A stretch of DNA of 37,386 nucleotides from Geosiphon pyriformis uo1 (lineage: Eukaryota; Fungi; Glomeromycota): the NCBI GenBank assembly GCA_016748015.1, contig JAAOMT010000612.1, positions 1 to 37,386 on the forward strand, read 5' to 3'. The notes beneath the pieces are model-generated. The model was not told where the DNA came from. It made no database searches and was given only the letters and a program-made list of their open reading frames with translations. The translations under genes were made by a program, and so were the position numbers. Each line of letters opens with the position of its first letter. Positions within the stretch are counted from its first letter, which is position 1. Below, in pieces: positions 23,114-35,700 of the stretch.

Positions 23114-24499
23114 ATAGATTCAAAAAACTACAACAACATCAAAAACTATTTGGAGACCCTCACCATGCCAGAAAATTGGTCTCCAAGTGAAAAACATCGA
23201 TTACAATACCAATCCAAACAATATTTTATACACCACAACAAAATCTATTACAAAAATTGTAAAAATCCAAACCAATTATTCAGATTAGTACAGCAAAATG
23301 AAAAAAAAACAATTTTATATAACATGCACACAGATCTGTCTTCAGCACACTTGAGAAGAGATGGAACAATTTAAAGAACTCTTGAACATTATTTTTGGCC
23401 TCACATGCAAAAAGACATTCGACAATATATAGAATCTTATAATAGTTGTTAAAAAAGAGAAGGAATTCGCCTCACAGAACCATTAAATTCAATCAAAGTT
23501 GGACAACCTTTTGACAGAGTTGGAATTGATTTGGTCGGACCATTATCTATCACAACCCAAAGAAATTGCTATATTGCAGTAGCAGTAGATTATCTTACCA
23601 AATGACCTGAAGCTAGAGCCATCCCAAGAGCGGATGCAAAATCAGTAGCAAATTTCATTTATGAAGACATTATTTGTAGACATGGATGCCCAATTGAACT
23701 TTTATCTGATCAAGAAACACATTTTGTGAACAACTTGATACAAGAAATTTGTAAACAATTCAATGTCAAAAGACCTCTATCATCATCTTATCACCCTCAA
23801 ACAAATGGACTTATAGAACATTTCAATAGAACATTGTGTAAATTTCTAGCCAAAGTTTCAACAGACTTTGAGCAGGAATGGGATATCTTTATTCCATTAG
23901 TGTTACTAGCATACAGAACACTAAAACAAGATACTACAAAACACACACCATTTGATCTTACTTATGGAAGGACAGCAATATTATCAATTAATTTCACAGT
24001 GGAAACATACCCAGTACAACCAATCAATGAAGAAAACTTTCAAGAAACACTCCAAAGAAGAGTCTACACTCTTCTCAGTACACTAGAAGAAAAAAGAAGA
24101 ATAGCAGTGACTCACATTGAACATTCTCAAGCTCAACAAAAAGAAAGACATGACAACAAATTACCACTCATTATAAACGAATTTAAAGTTGGAAATAAAG
24201 TTCTCTTACACAGAACTAAGGCTGAAAAACAATGAAGTGGGAAATTTGAAAACAAATGGGATGGACCATTTTATATTCACGAAATTCTAGACAATGGATC
24301 ATACAAGTTAAAACTTGATGACAAAATACTAGCAAAAGTTGCACATGGGGACAGATTGAAACACTATCATTCCAGAAACAATCTTGAACCATTAATTCCA
24401 CAAATTGGTACATATTTCCCTTTAATTAATCCTGAAGACATTCCCTGAAATTTAGAACTAATAATTATAATAGAACAACAACCAAACTTGAACACTTAA
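23114..24499 (+). pseudogene. int: E2 integrase as a separate ORF (HHCC, DDE, GPY/F; no chromodomain)
   Basis: (M)DSKNYNNIKNYLET, with ATA at the position of the E1 ATG; GIDLVG; SDQETHF; HPQTNGLIE; WDGPFYI. Single frame to TAA at 24497. Confidence 0.92.
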
Positions 24500-24642
24500 A
24501 TTTTACAATAATTCTCTAATAAAAACACAAAAACAAAAATAGTAAATAATTACAGAAACACCCAAACCCAAAAACAAATAAAAACCCCATATCCAAAAAT
24601 AATTTTCTTTATTTTCTCTTTTCATAATTAGTCAATTTTATC

Positions 24643-25318
24643 ATGGTTATTTCCCGAAATATTCAACAAATATCCCAAAAGTTAATGTTAGCCTTGAAAA
24701 CACTTCCTGACTTATTCATAATGATTAATGGAAGTCAAATTAATTACATTCAGAAAGAAACCACAGCTCCAGTAGCAAATCATTCACAGAACTATCACCC
24801 CTATAAAAGAAAAACAAGAAGCCACTCTGAAAATAGGTTACCAAGACTTTTGAAACAAGCACTAGAAAAAAATCTTTTAATTGCCCCTATGGACATTCAC
24901 CAAATGCTACAATGCAACAAAAACTTCTACTACTTCTTAACAAACAAAACAATGAATACACCCCTATCTATAAATATTTTCACATTGAAAAGACACTTTA
25001 TGAACGAAAACTGGAACTTGAAACAACAAATATCACTCCTGAAGCTATACAAAAACAAATTCATAATAAATTCAAAACAGCAGCTGGACTAATGAACACT
25101 CACTACAAACTTAGAGCAGCTTTTAGACTCTATGATTTGTTTAATACTTGTGAAAATGTTTTACAGAATCCAATACTGTATCCAATGAAAGTTTAATACA
25201 TTGGCAAACTCACAGAACTGAAATTTTAACAATTCTCAGACCAGATTACGTCAATTATTTTGGATCACTATCTTAATATTACAGATAGTGCTTGGACTTT
25301 GATGGAGCTCAGTCTTGA
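24643..25318 (+). pseudogene. E2 ORF3, accessory protein of unknown function (frameshifted)
   Basis: Track ORFs 24643-25092 and 24912-25196. RAAFRLYDLF...IGKLTELKF aligns with E1 RAIYWLYTRF...IEKLTNTQF. Ends DFDGAQS*. Confidence 0.75.
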
Positions 25319-25326
25319 GAAGAAGA
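25317..25326 (+). promoter_or_regulatory. E2 polypurine tract
   Basis: GAGAAGAAGA ending 3 nt before the 3' LTR. Confidence 0.75.
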
Positions 25327-25329
25327 TTA

Positions 25330-26319
25330 TGTTACCAGTAGAATTTTAGCTATTAATTAACATGAAATTACCTTTATAATTCCTATAATTAATCAGTATA
25401 TTAATCATTTCAAATTATCATTTATTATTTAATCAATTATTACATATCACGATTCAATTAAAATAATCTAATTAGTATAACAGAAAGTAGGATGATCAAA
25501 TTACACAATACTCTGAACTTTGTAACATTCTAAAAATTCGCCGAAATTTACAGAAATTCGCCGAAATTTATAAGAAATTCGCCGAAATTATGAATAGTTC
25601 ACCCAAATTAATCAATAGTTTAGCAAAATAACTTGTAGTTCATCAAAATGTATCTTTAGTTCACCGAAAATTGAGCAAAAAGAAAAAGTGCAAGTTCATA
25701 AACTAGTACTACAACAAGTTATATAAAAGAAGAGCTTTTTTCTTCAAGAAAATATATCTTACTTTAGATTTTATCACTAGAACCATTCCTACATACACAA
25801 AAAGAAATAAATATCAAATAATTCGAAAAACCAAATTTTTTAATTATTACATTTGAAAAATTCCCAAAACCCAACTAACATTTCGAAATTGATTAGCTAC
25901 CAATTTCAGTAAACTGTTAGTGACTCCAGGTCTGGATAGAAAACGTTTCCCTTGACAGAATTCTATTTCTTTTACATTTTTTTTATTTTCTGGTATTTTT
26001 TTATTACAATCATTAGGGTAGCCTACAGACAAAATTCCTGTAGAAGAGTTGACTTTTACAGCAAAGTAACTACACATTTTTAGTGAGTTTCTAGATGAGC
26101 AATTTCTGAGAAAAAGTTGACATTTACTACAACATAACTACATAAAGTAACTGGCAAGGAATTGGCCATTCCACTTATAAACCCAGCAGTTCAAATTATA
26201 GGAGATAATTTGAAGATAAATTCAGTTATTAGAGGTTCAACTACTTCTAGAAAACATGAATTTGCAACCAACAGACAGTTACAATATTCAAGAAAAGAGA
26301 CCAAAAACCTCCAATAACA
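25330..26319 (+). repeat. E2 3' LTR
   Basis: Copy of 16393-17359 with one extra ~21-bp tandem unit and a 2-bp indel. Confidence 0.98.
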
Positions 26320-26667
26320 GTGTCAACTATAAATTCAATGTTTATAATATGATTGTTTCTATAGTGAATAATAATTTTAATATATGTAGTCCAGGAGTTG
26401 TATAAAATATAAATTGCAATTATTGTAACACTAACACTTATATTGTTCAATATAATACTTGGCAAGATTCTTGTCCAAAGCTGCAATGTAAAGATTATAA
26501 GTTAGGCCTTTTTACTGATACATGTTTTGTAAGATCCTAAACTCTATCCAGTTCTATTATTTAAATACATAGTTGAGATATCTACTAGCTGCTAAAAAAA
26601 AGACTACTGTAGAGTTTTAGCAACTACTATTGCTAATTGTTTAATAGTAATAGTTTCCAATACATGG

Positions 26668-27593
26668 TGTTACAGGTGATTCTTTGGGTATTGAGTGAAT
26701 AACAAACCCATAACTTGGTGCTTAAAGCAATGGGTGATGATGATAATCTGAAGGTATTTTATCTGAAGGTTTTCCAATTGAGTTTTTTGTATAATATACA
26801 GAGATTCAATGATAACAGTTTATCAGTAGTTTCTTGAAACTATAGTTTTGTCAATTGTTTGCTCAGCTTAATGGTTGATGATTCTTCTGATATGATATCT
26901 TTTGTAAGTGTATACCAGTACTGTTTCCTAATGTTAGTTCCTCTGTAAGTTCTCCAAGAGTAAATATTGTTTAAGCAAGTTTATTCCTCTGTAAGTTCTC
27001 CAAGAATAAGTATTGTTTAAGTAAGTTTTATTCCTCTGTAAGTCCTCCAAGAGTAAATCCTTTAATCAAGTTAGTAGACAACAAAGAAAATAAAGAAAAG
27101 ATAAAAGAGAAAATAAGAAATAAGCCAAGGCAATTTGCAAGTTAGTATCCTGTCAATAGTCATGATCAAGAGCTATTGTTCCAGTATAGTTAAGTATTAG
27201 TTACTATCAACATGAAGTGTTAATAGTGAAGAATAAATTTGATATAATGAATAATTATTTATTTGAGGATTGTGGTAACTAAGCTAAAAATTCTTGGTGT
27301 CTTTTTTTTTTTTCTGCTTTTAACACTACTGCTATATATACATATTTGAGATTCCTTAATTTTTCAATTCTTTGTGATAGGAATTCTGGAATTCTTGGAA
27401 TTCTGCAATTCCTGATGAGAAAAATCCTGGAATTCTGGAATCTTGCGATTCTTTGTTAGAAAATTCTGAAATTCCTGGAATCCTGCAATTCTTCTGAGAA
27501 GAATTCTGAAATTTTACATTTACTACGTCTATTTCTGATTGGCTAATATCTACTTGCTAATAATAATATACTTCCTATATTCTATGAGTAACA
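26668..27593 (-). repeat. E3 3' LTR
   Basis: TGTTAC...GTAACA ends; copy of 36074-36999. Confidence 0.97.
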
Positions 27594-27596
27594 TTA

Positions 27597-27608
27597 TTCC
27601 CTCTTTTT
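27597..27608 (-). promoter_or_regulatory. E3 polypurine tract
   Basis: AAAAAGAGGGAA on the minus strand, ending 3 nt before the LTR. Confidence 0.85.
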
Positions 27609-28266
27609 AATATTGAGCTCTATCGAAATCTAACTCTTTTAATTCCCTCTCTTGAATTATTTCTTGAACTTCTTTTTCGAGTATTACTTGTGTTATTTGA
27701 GTTTGTAGTTCTTCAAATTGGGCATTGGTCATTTTTCTTAATTGATTACTCGTAACTGTATCTATTGCTGTGTTAAGTAAGATTTCTGGTCAGTCTTAAA
27801 ATCCCATATATAGCCAGTAAATGGCTTAAGCTTGTGTGATCAGATTGTTCTTTCCCACAAATTGTTTCAATTGTCTTAGTATTGTTGTGTCAAATAACCA
27901 TTTTGTTTTGTTGGTGTACAAATTCTGGATATTTACATATTGTTCCAAGTAAAAATGACAATAGTTTTTCAGAAATTGTTGCATCCACCAAGTCCAAGTT
28001 TCTCCAATAAGTTCTTGGTGTAATTTGACTATTTGTTGTTCTTTCATGGCCAATTTTACCTTGGTCATGATTTTATTAACAACATTTTCAAGTTTTCTCT
28101 GTACTTTGTGTTGTGGTATTCTTGCAGTACTTTTGTATCGAATAGTTTGTTGATTGATTGTAATTTCTATCTTCTGGTGTTGGATTAATTGAAAGATTTG
28201 TTGTGCTAATAAATGGATGTTGTCGGTAATTTTTATTTTTCTGCGTTTTTCTATCATGTCAACTAT
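27607..28266 (-). pseudogene. E3 ORF3, accessory protein of unknown function
   Basis: Track ORF 27826-28257 continues in frame through stops to ...ELDFDRAQY*. Clearly homologous to E1 ORF3. Confidence 0.8.
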
Positions 28267-28290
28267 GTCTTTATATATTCTTTCTGTTGA

Positions 28291-29673
28291 TCAATTGGAT
28301 GTGTTGTTATTAATGATGATAATTGGTTCTAGATCTCATAGAATCTTATCTGGTTGGACTAGTATTCTCTGTACTCTCAGTTGTAAAATATTACTGGTAG
28401 ATGATGATACTATATGGTGGTATGATTTCAGTCGATCTCCATGTGCTTCTTTGGTCAAGATTTTGTTATTTAATCTTAATTTGTAAGCTTCATTTCCTAG
28501 AATTTCTTCTATGTGAAATGGTCCATCCTATTTGGGGTCAAATTTTCCACTCCATTGTTTTTCTGCTTTGGTACAATGTAATAGTACTTTGTCTCCAATC
28601 TTGAGTTCAACTGGTTTATTTGGTAGTTGGTTATCATGTCTTTCTTTTTGTTTTCCTTGTGACTTTTGTATGTTATTAGCTGCTCTCTGTTATTTGTTTT
28701 TTAATGTTTCTATTAAGTCATATGTTCTTTTCAACAATGTGTTTTTGAAATTCTCTTCTGTTATTGGTTTGGTTGGGTATTTGCTGACTTTTATTTTCAC
28801 TGGTAATGTTGCTGTTCTACCATATACTAATTCAAATGATGTTGCTTGTATAGTATCTTGCTTCATTGTTCGATAAGCAAATAGTACTAATAATATCAAC
28901 AAATCCCAATCGTTTTGGTTTTCTTGGCTGAGCTTAGCTATTGCTTTACACAATGTTTTGTTGAATCTTTCGACTAATCTATTGGTTTGTGAATGGTATG
29001 GTAATGATAATGGTCTCTTAATTTCGAATCTTTGGCTCAATTCTGTTAATGTTCTGTTCACAAAATGTGTTCCTTGGTCTGATAATAATTCTTTTGGACA
29101 TCCATGTTGACAAATCGAATTCTGATGAATAAATTTGGCAATGGATTCTGCATCCACTCTTTGAATTGCTTTCACCTCTGGCCATTTAGTGAGATAGTTT
29201 ATGGCTATTGCTATGTATCTGTTTCCTCTGCTGGTGATTGTTAATGGTCTGACTAAATCAATTCCAATACAGTCGAATAATTGTCCTAATTTGATTGGTC
29301 CTAATGATTCACTGGGTTTTGTATCTCCTCTTCACTAACAAGCATCACAATTTTGAACATATTGGATAATGTTTGAATACATTGATGGCCAATAGTATCT
29401 TTTTCTGGTTCTTTTCATGGTTGCTTCTTTGTAAAAGTGTCTTGCTGTTAGATTTGAGTGCATGTTGAATAATATTGTCTTTTTTTCTGGCTCTGTAATT
29501 ACTCTGGTTGGTTGCTTTAGATCTCTTCTATTTTTCTGATAAAGTATATTTTGGTAAGTTATAAAATATTTTGATTGTTGTTTGATACTCTTTCGTTCCA
29601 TTTGAGATAAATTCTTCTTGAACTGTTAAGTGTTTATATAATGTTAAAGTTGTTGATATTTTTGTATGTTTAT
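28291..29673 (-). pseudogene. int: E3 integrase as a separate ORF
   Basis: (M)NIQKYQQL, with ATA at 29673; H..H..CDAC; SDQGTHF; ERFNKTL; *DGPFHI. Confidence 0.92.
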
Positions 29674-29735
29674 CTTTTGTTATATTTTTCATTGGTATTG
29701 TTCTGGTTTTGTTATATTTTTGGGTTGAAATGTTC

Positions 29736-32700
29736 TTAGATTTGTCTTATTCGTAACAAACTGTCAGCATTTCCATTGTTTTTTCCTTTCTTATAGTGTA
29801 TAGTATATAGTGTAAGTATATTGTGAGAGTGCCATTTTCCATCTGGATTGGCAACTGTCATCAAATTCTTGCTTTTGAAGTAATATTAACCCTTTATGAT
29901 CCGTGTATATATCAAACTTTTGGCTCAAGTATTTGTTCCACTTCATGACTGCCCAATAGATTGCTAAATGTTCTAGTTCTGGTGTTCCATAGTTCTTTTC
30001 AGCTGGTGTTAGACCTCAGCTGACATATGCTACTGGATGTTCTCTGCCATCTGGTCCCTTCTGAGATAGTACTGCTCCCAATGCTTGGCTTAATGCATTG
30101 GTGGTAATAATGAATGGTTTGTTGTGATCTGGGTAGATCAGTATTGGAGCTTGAATGAGCTTTTTTCAGAATATCAAAAGCTTTTTGTTGACTTTCTGTT
30201 CATTCATATTTTGTATTCTTGGTTTGCAGATTATTGAGTGGTTGAGCTATCTTTGAAAAGTTCTTTATAAAGCATCAATAATAGCTTGCAAATCCCAAGA
30301 ATGATTTCAATTCAGTCACATTGGTTGGTACTGGAAAGTTCTTTACTATCTCTATTTTTTCTGAATCTATTTTGATGCTGTCTTTGCTGACTATATATTC
30401 CAAGAATTTTAGTTCTGTCTTGCCAAAGAAGCACTTTGTTGTATTTAACTTTAGTTCTGCTCTTCTTAGTCTTTTGAACACTTGTTGAAGATGATAAAGA
30501 TGATCATCAAATGTTTTTAAGAATACATTGGTGTCATCCAAGTATACAACTACTGATTTCCACAATAAGCCAGTATAAACAATTTCCATTAGTCATTAGA
30601 AAATGGCTGGGGCATTGGTTAAGCTGAAGGGCATTACTTCAAATTCAAAATTCCCTTTTCTAGTGGTGAATGCCGTCTTCTCCTTGTTGGCTGGATCCAT
30701 GGCTACTTGCCAGTAACCACTGTTTAAGTCTAATGTTGAAAACCATTTGTTTCCACTGAAAGCGTCGAACAATTCTTGTATTCTTGGGGTTAGATAGCTG
30801 TCTCCACGAGTTACACTATTGAGTTTCTTATAGTCCACACAAAATTGGATTTTTCTATTCTTCTTCCGGATGAGTACCACTAGTGATGATCATGGGCTCA
30901 TTGATGATTGAATTAGCCCATTGTTAAGCATTCGGTTTATCTCTTGACAAATGATCTCATGGCTAGCTAGTAGTACTCTGTATGCTCTTTGTTTAATTGG
31001 CATTGCATCTCCAGTCTTGATTTGATGCTGGATGATGTCAGTTCGGCCAAATTCATTTTCATTGACAAAAATGTCATTGAAATTGTTGAGCAACATATTG
31101 AGCTGCATACATTGGAGTGGGTCTAAATTTCCCATGTTCATTTGTTCTAATTGCTCTGGTTGGAGCAAATAACATTTGCTTTGTCCATATATTGTTTGTG
31201 ATGTGATATTAACATATTCACAAAGCTGTAGAAAGTCCAGAATGGTGCTTGGTGATTGATCCTCTATTTCAGTGCTTAAGTATCCAATGGTGGTTCCGGC
31301 TGGTATTACTATGACATTTCCTGTGTTATTATAGATGGGAATTTTGATGTGGCTGTAATTTTTGGCTGGTATATGGAGATTGATGAGTCTAATCTTTTCT
31401 GATTCACAAAAGGTTGGTTTTGCTTCAAAAATCTGATTCTGTTCTTTTACTTCCCACTTTATCCCTACTATGTACTGGCCATATGATGGAATGGAAATTG
31501 TTTGACCTGTTGAGATAATTTTTTCTTGGTCAACTATTTCTTCTTCTGCCATATTTATTAATACATCTATTCTACCTGTTGATCCAAATCTCTGTATTTC
31601 TTTTGCTGTTATTCCTAATTCCTCCTTATTTCCCACTGATATTAACTGCACTATTTTCTCCAGAGACAAAAATATTGCCTGTGCTATCTTTTTGTTTGGC
31701 TCTATGATATAAGTCTTTTCAGAGTAGTTTTGTAGCATAGCAATGATATTTTCTACATATCCTGTGTCAATTATTCCTCCTCTTATATTAATCCCTCTTT
31801 TCGCTAAACTACTCTTAAATGCTAGTTGAACCATTGTTGTTGCTGAGATTTCTAATGCTACTTTCAGATTAATACAAGTGTGTGAATGTGGTTCCAATTT
31901 AATGGCATCTTTTCCTGGATACCTTAGATCAAACCCAGCATCAGTATTATGTGTATGTTCTGACATAATATTTTCATTATTGTCACTATACTATTTTAAC
32001 TCCTGTTCTTTGAAAAGATCTGACAGTGCAATGTATTGTTCATATTTTGGGTCGAAGTTTGAATCTGAGTTGGAATTATTGTCATTATTATCACTAATTT
32101 GAATGAAACTAGAACTAGTGTTTTTGTCATCATCATTGTCGGAGTTTGAATTGGGATTGAATGGTGATTTCAATTCAGATGTGCAGCTGCTGATTGGTTT
32201 GATTTCCTCTGGGATTGTATAGATCATGTATGATAGTGGATCATAAATGAGGTCACACTTATTACAATATTGGAAGTCATAGAGAATCAAACAGTGGTCA
32301 CATAATTGGGTGTTTAGTTGTTCTAAATGCTGCTCCTACTCTTCTCTTGTAAGTGCCAAATTTTGGTAGTATTTGTGAAAATCTTCTGGACCTGTTTTTT
32401 TATCCATGAAAGCATCTGAGTTAGGAATATGAATGATATCGACCAGTTCTGGGGGATTGTTCTTAATTTCCAGTATTTCACTGGGTGTAGCACCTTCTAC
32501 TTTGGCATTGGCCATTTGCTAAATCTTCTCTTCATTGTGGGGGTAACCATCTAAATGATTGAGTGTTCAGTGCTATGCTGCTGTAATCGGGGTACTATGA
32601 CTCATCCAGTTATTAATAAAAATCATGTATTGGCATAAAGTGTTACATATTCCTCCTTGACCAGGAATGTCATTTCACATTCCTTTGTTGAGCAGTTGTT

Positions 32701-35700
32701 TGCCACAAGTGAGACATGGTTCATTGTTCCACTTGCCCTGTTTCTTTGGATAGCCATAGCATTCTTTATGGTATGGCTTACAATAGTAATGAGTTCGCAT
32801 CCAGTGGTCTTTGTCTGGCGTGATCCATGCTCTCATGAAAGAAAGTTTCTTTCCACAGTCTTTGCATTTGAGTGGAATATATGGTGGTTGTGGTAGTGGC
32901 TCATGGACTAAGTATGAACTGGTCCAGCCACTGGTTATTTTGCTGGTGCTGGTAGTCTCTTCCAGTGTGGTTTTTTTCTTTTTTCCTATTCCTAATCGGC
33001 CAGTTCATTGTAGTCGTTTTTTGTTTCCCAAGTTTGGTCAGAGGTCCAGGTAAGTTTTGTTTTTTTTTGTTTTCCTTTGACATTGCCATTCCAAGAAGGT
33101 ACTGGTGGCAACTCATTATGGTCTTGGTTGGCCCACGAGACTTGGTAGGCTTCCCAGGTAGGTTTCCTTATTTCTTTCTTAAATTCGATGAGTGGTTGGG
33201 CGTTACTTAGCTTAAAGTGACCACAAGTGGCTGGTGTTTGAGTATGCTGACCACTAAAGGTTAATTGTAGTTCTTGGGTGGTCCAATTGAGGGTAGTGTG
33301 GGTTTTCAACAACCAATCATTGTCCATGAGAGCTTAATATTATGTGGCTTCTATTGCCAAGACTTTAATGGGTATTATAATATCATTGATTTCAAATGGG
33401 AAATCATCGATTTTGCTGATTAGAGTTTTGGTTGCTCCATCAGCAGTGATTATACAAGCACTAGCAGCATGATCAACTCAGTGACTTAATTGGTCCATGA
33501 GTTGTTGTGTGATAATGCTGCCTGCTGAACTGCTGTTTAGAATCAATTTGATGGAATGGCCATCTACTTTGGCATCAGTATACATTGCTGTAATGGGTTT
33601 CTCTTCAAGGGCGGCTTCACTGAATAATGGGACTGGAGTGGTTTCCTCAAACTCAAATGGAAAGATGGCTGCTAATGTTTTATTTTCAGTGACCATTTCT
33701 GGTGATATGTTGCTGGTAAGTTTTTGAATTGGGTTGGTTTCTAGGTTGCTGGGTTTGGCACCTTTTGGGGTAACCAGGAGACTTAAATAGTTCTGGGAAT
33801 TTGGGTTTTGGGTGGCACCAGTACCTGAATTCCAAGAATGCAATCCTGGTGATAAGTTGGAGGAACTGGGGATTGGTTGGTGGACAACCATTGCTGATCT
33901 CCAGTTTTGTTGTGTCATTCTCGGTCTTTGGGTTCTGTGTTGAGGTAAGTTTTGGGGCAGTGTTTGAATGGTTTGAGATTGATAGATTACTTGTGGCTGC
34001 GATTGATATATTATAGATGGCTGCAGTTGATATATTGCTGGTGGCTGTGGTTGATAAACTGGAGTCTGATATACTGGTGCTTAATAAATTGGCTGCTGCA
34101 TCATTGGCAAGTAAGTGTTTTGATTTTGCTCTTGATTTTGATATTGATTTGGAATTTGGAATCAGTGATTGGGATTTCGATGTTGATTTTCCGATCGTCA
34201 GTTATAAGTGTTGCAGTTGGCTCTTATTTGGCCTTGTTTACCACAGTTGTGGTAGACATGTGTCTCTGGCTGCCACTGCTGATTGCCTGATGTTGAGGAA
34301 TGCACTTAATTTTGGGAATAATTGTAGTTTCTCTGATTACTGTGTCTTTAGAGAGGTTGATAAATGGACTGATGGTTGTTAGCTAAGTATTCCTCAATTT
34401 TCTGATTGATGGTATCACTGATTTGCTTCAATTTGGAATCCAAATCAGATAATCCATTCATTACTAAATTTACAGCTTGAACATAGTTGGCTTCTAGCTT
34501 AGCTGATTCGAAATTTTTGGCATGTGTAACTGCAGCTTAAAGGTTGGCAGGGTGTAATGAGTATATGTGTTGCAAAATGCTACTGTGCAGACCACAAATA
34601 AAATGGTTGAGTATCTGGAGTTCTGTGAAATACACGGCATCAATGGCTTGAATTTGGCATAAGACTCTATAAAAGCATTCTAAGTATGTTGTGACTGCTT
34701 TAGTATTATTCTGTTTGATTGTGGTGAAAGTATTGGCTAGATGATTAATACTGTTATTGTTGCTAAAATATCCCAGAAAGGCAGTTTTGAATTGTTGAAA
34801 TGTTTGTAGTCTGGTGGCTAAACTCTGGTACCAAGAATTAGTAGTTTTTTTGAGAAAGTATAGGATTATCTGTAAGGCTCTGGCATCATTCCAATTGTTT
34901 GCTATGATGGTCTTGGAGATGTCATTAATCCATGCTTGAGTGTTGTCTTCTTTGCTGGTAAAGTTTTCTAACTTGGCAATAGATGTATAGACCATTTGGT
35001 TTATGTTTAGTTGTTATTGTGGCTGCTGTAGTGGTTGTTGTTGCAGTGGTTGTTGCTGAGGTGGTCTTTGTGGCTGTTGGATTTGTGGATTTGGTTGTTG
35101 AAGTGGCTGCTGAATGGGTTTGACTATCAGATCAATTGGTGAGTGATTGATAACAATATTTGGAGGTACGTTTGGTGGATTAATTAAATCGGGGTTCTGA
35201 TTGTTTTGATTTTGCTAAGTTTTAATATTCGGAGTTTCAATTTCTGGATTTTCTATGTTTGGATTTCACGGAGTTTGAACATTCAGAGTTCTGAATTCCG
35301 AGTTTTCTGAGATCAGATTTTGGTAAGTAAATCCTTAATCTTCACTTCTTTTTTCTTCTTCTTCTGATAATTTCTGTAGAGTAGCAGTTCCAAAATCTGG
35401 TTGGGATATTGGTGATCAAATTCCTGATGGTGTTGGGGATTGTGATTTAAATCCTTCAAAATATGTGCCATATGGTCCTAGTAAGTCTTCTTTCTGTTAT
35501 TTGCTTTGGAACTGAAATCTTCCAAATGTTAATGTTGCGTTTGATGTGGACACGTCTGCTGATGAAATGTTAATGGCACTTTCAGGTGTGTAGTAATATG
35601 ATGGAATGGTTGGTGATTCTACTCTGTGTTTCTTCTAACTAGGTAACTGTATTCTTTTTGGTGTTGCTGCTGGTGTTTGTATTTTTCCTTTACCTTTGTC

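Larger units (their letters stand above)
16393..26319 (+). mobile_element. E2: full-length decayed Ty3/Gypsy LTR retrotransposon carrying dUTPase (second family)
   Basis: LTRs of 967 and 990 bp (TGTTACCAG...CTGGTAACA). Perfect TSD GTGT (16389-16392 / 26320-26323). PBS, PPT and full domain set. Confidence 0.98.

Noticed and set aside
24360-24499. Chromodomain at the integrase C-terminus
   Set aside because: Only ~45 residues follow the GPY/F module, without chromodomain motifs.
32657-34382. Plus-strand ORFs over E3 (and minus-strand ORFs over E1 and E2)
   Set aside because: Antisense shadows of the A/C-rich coding strand.
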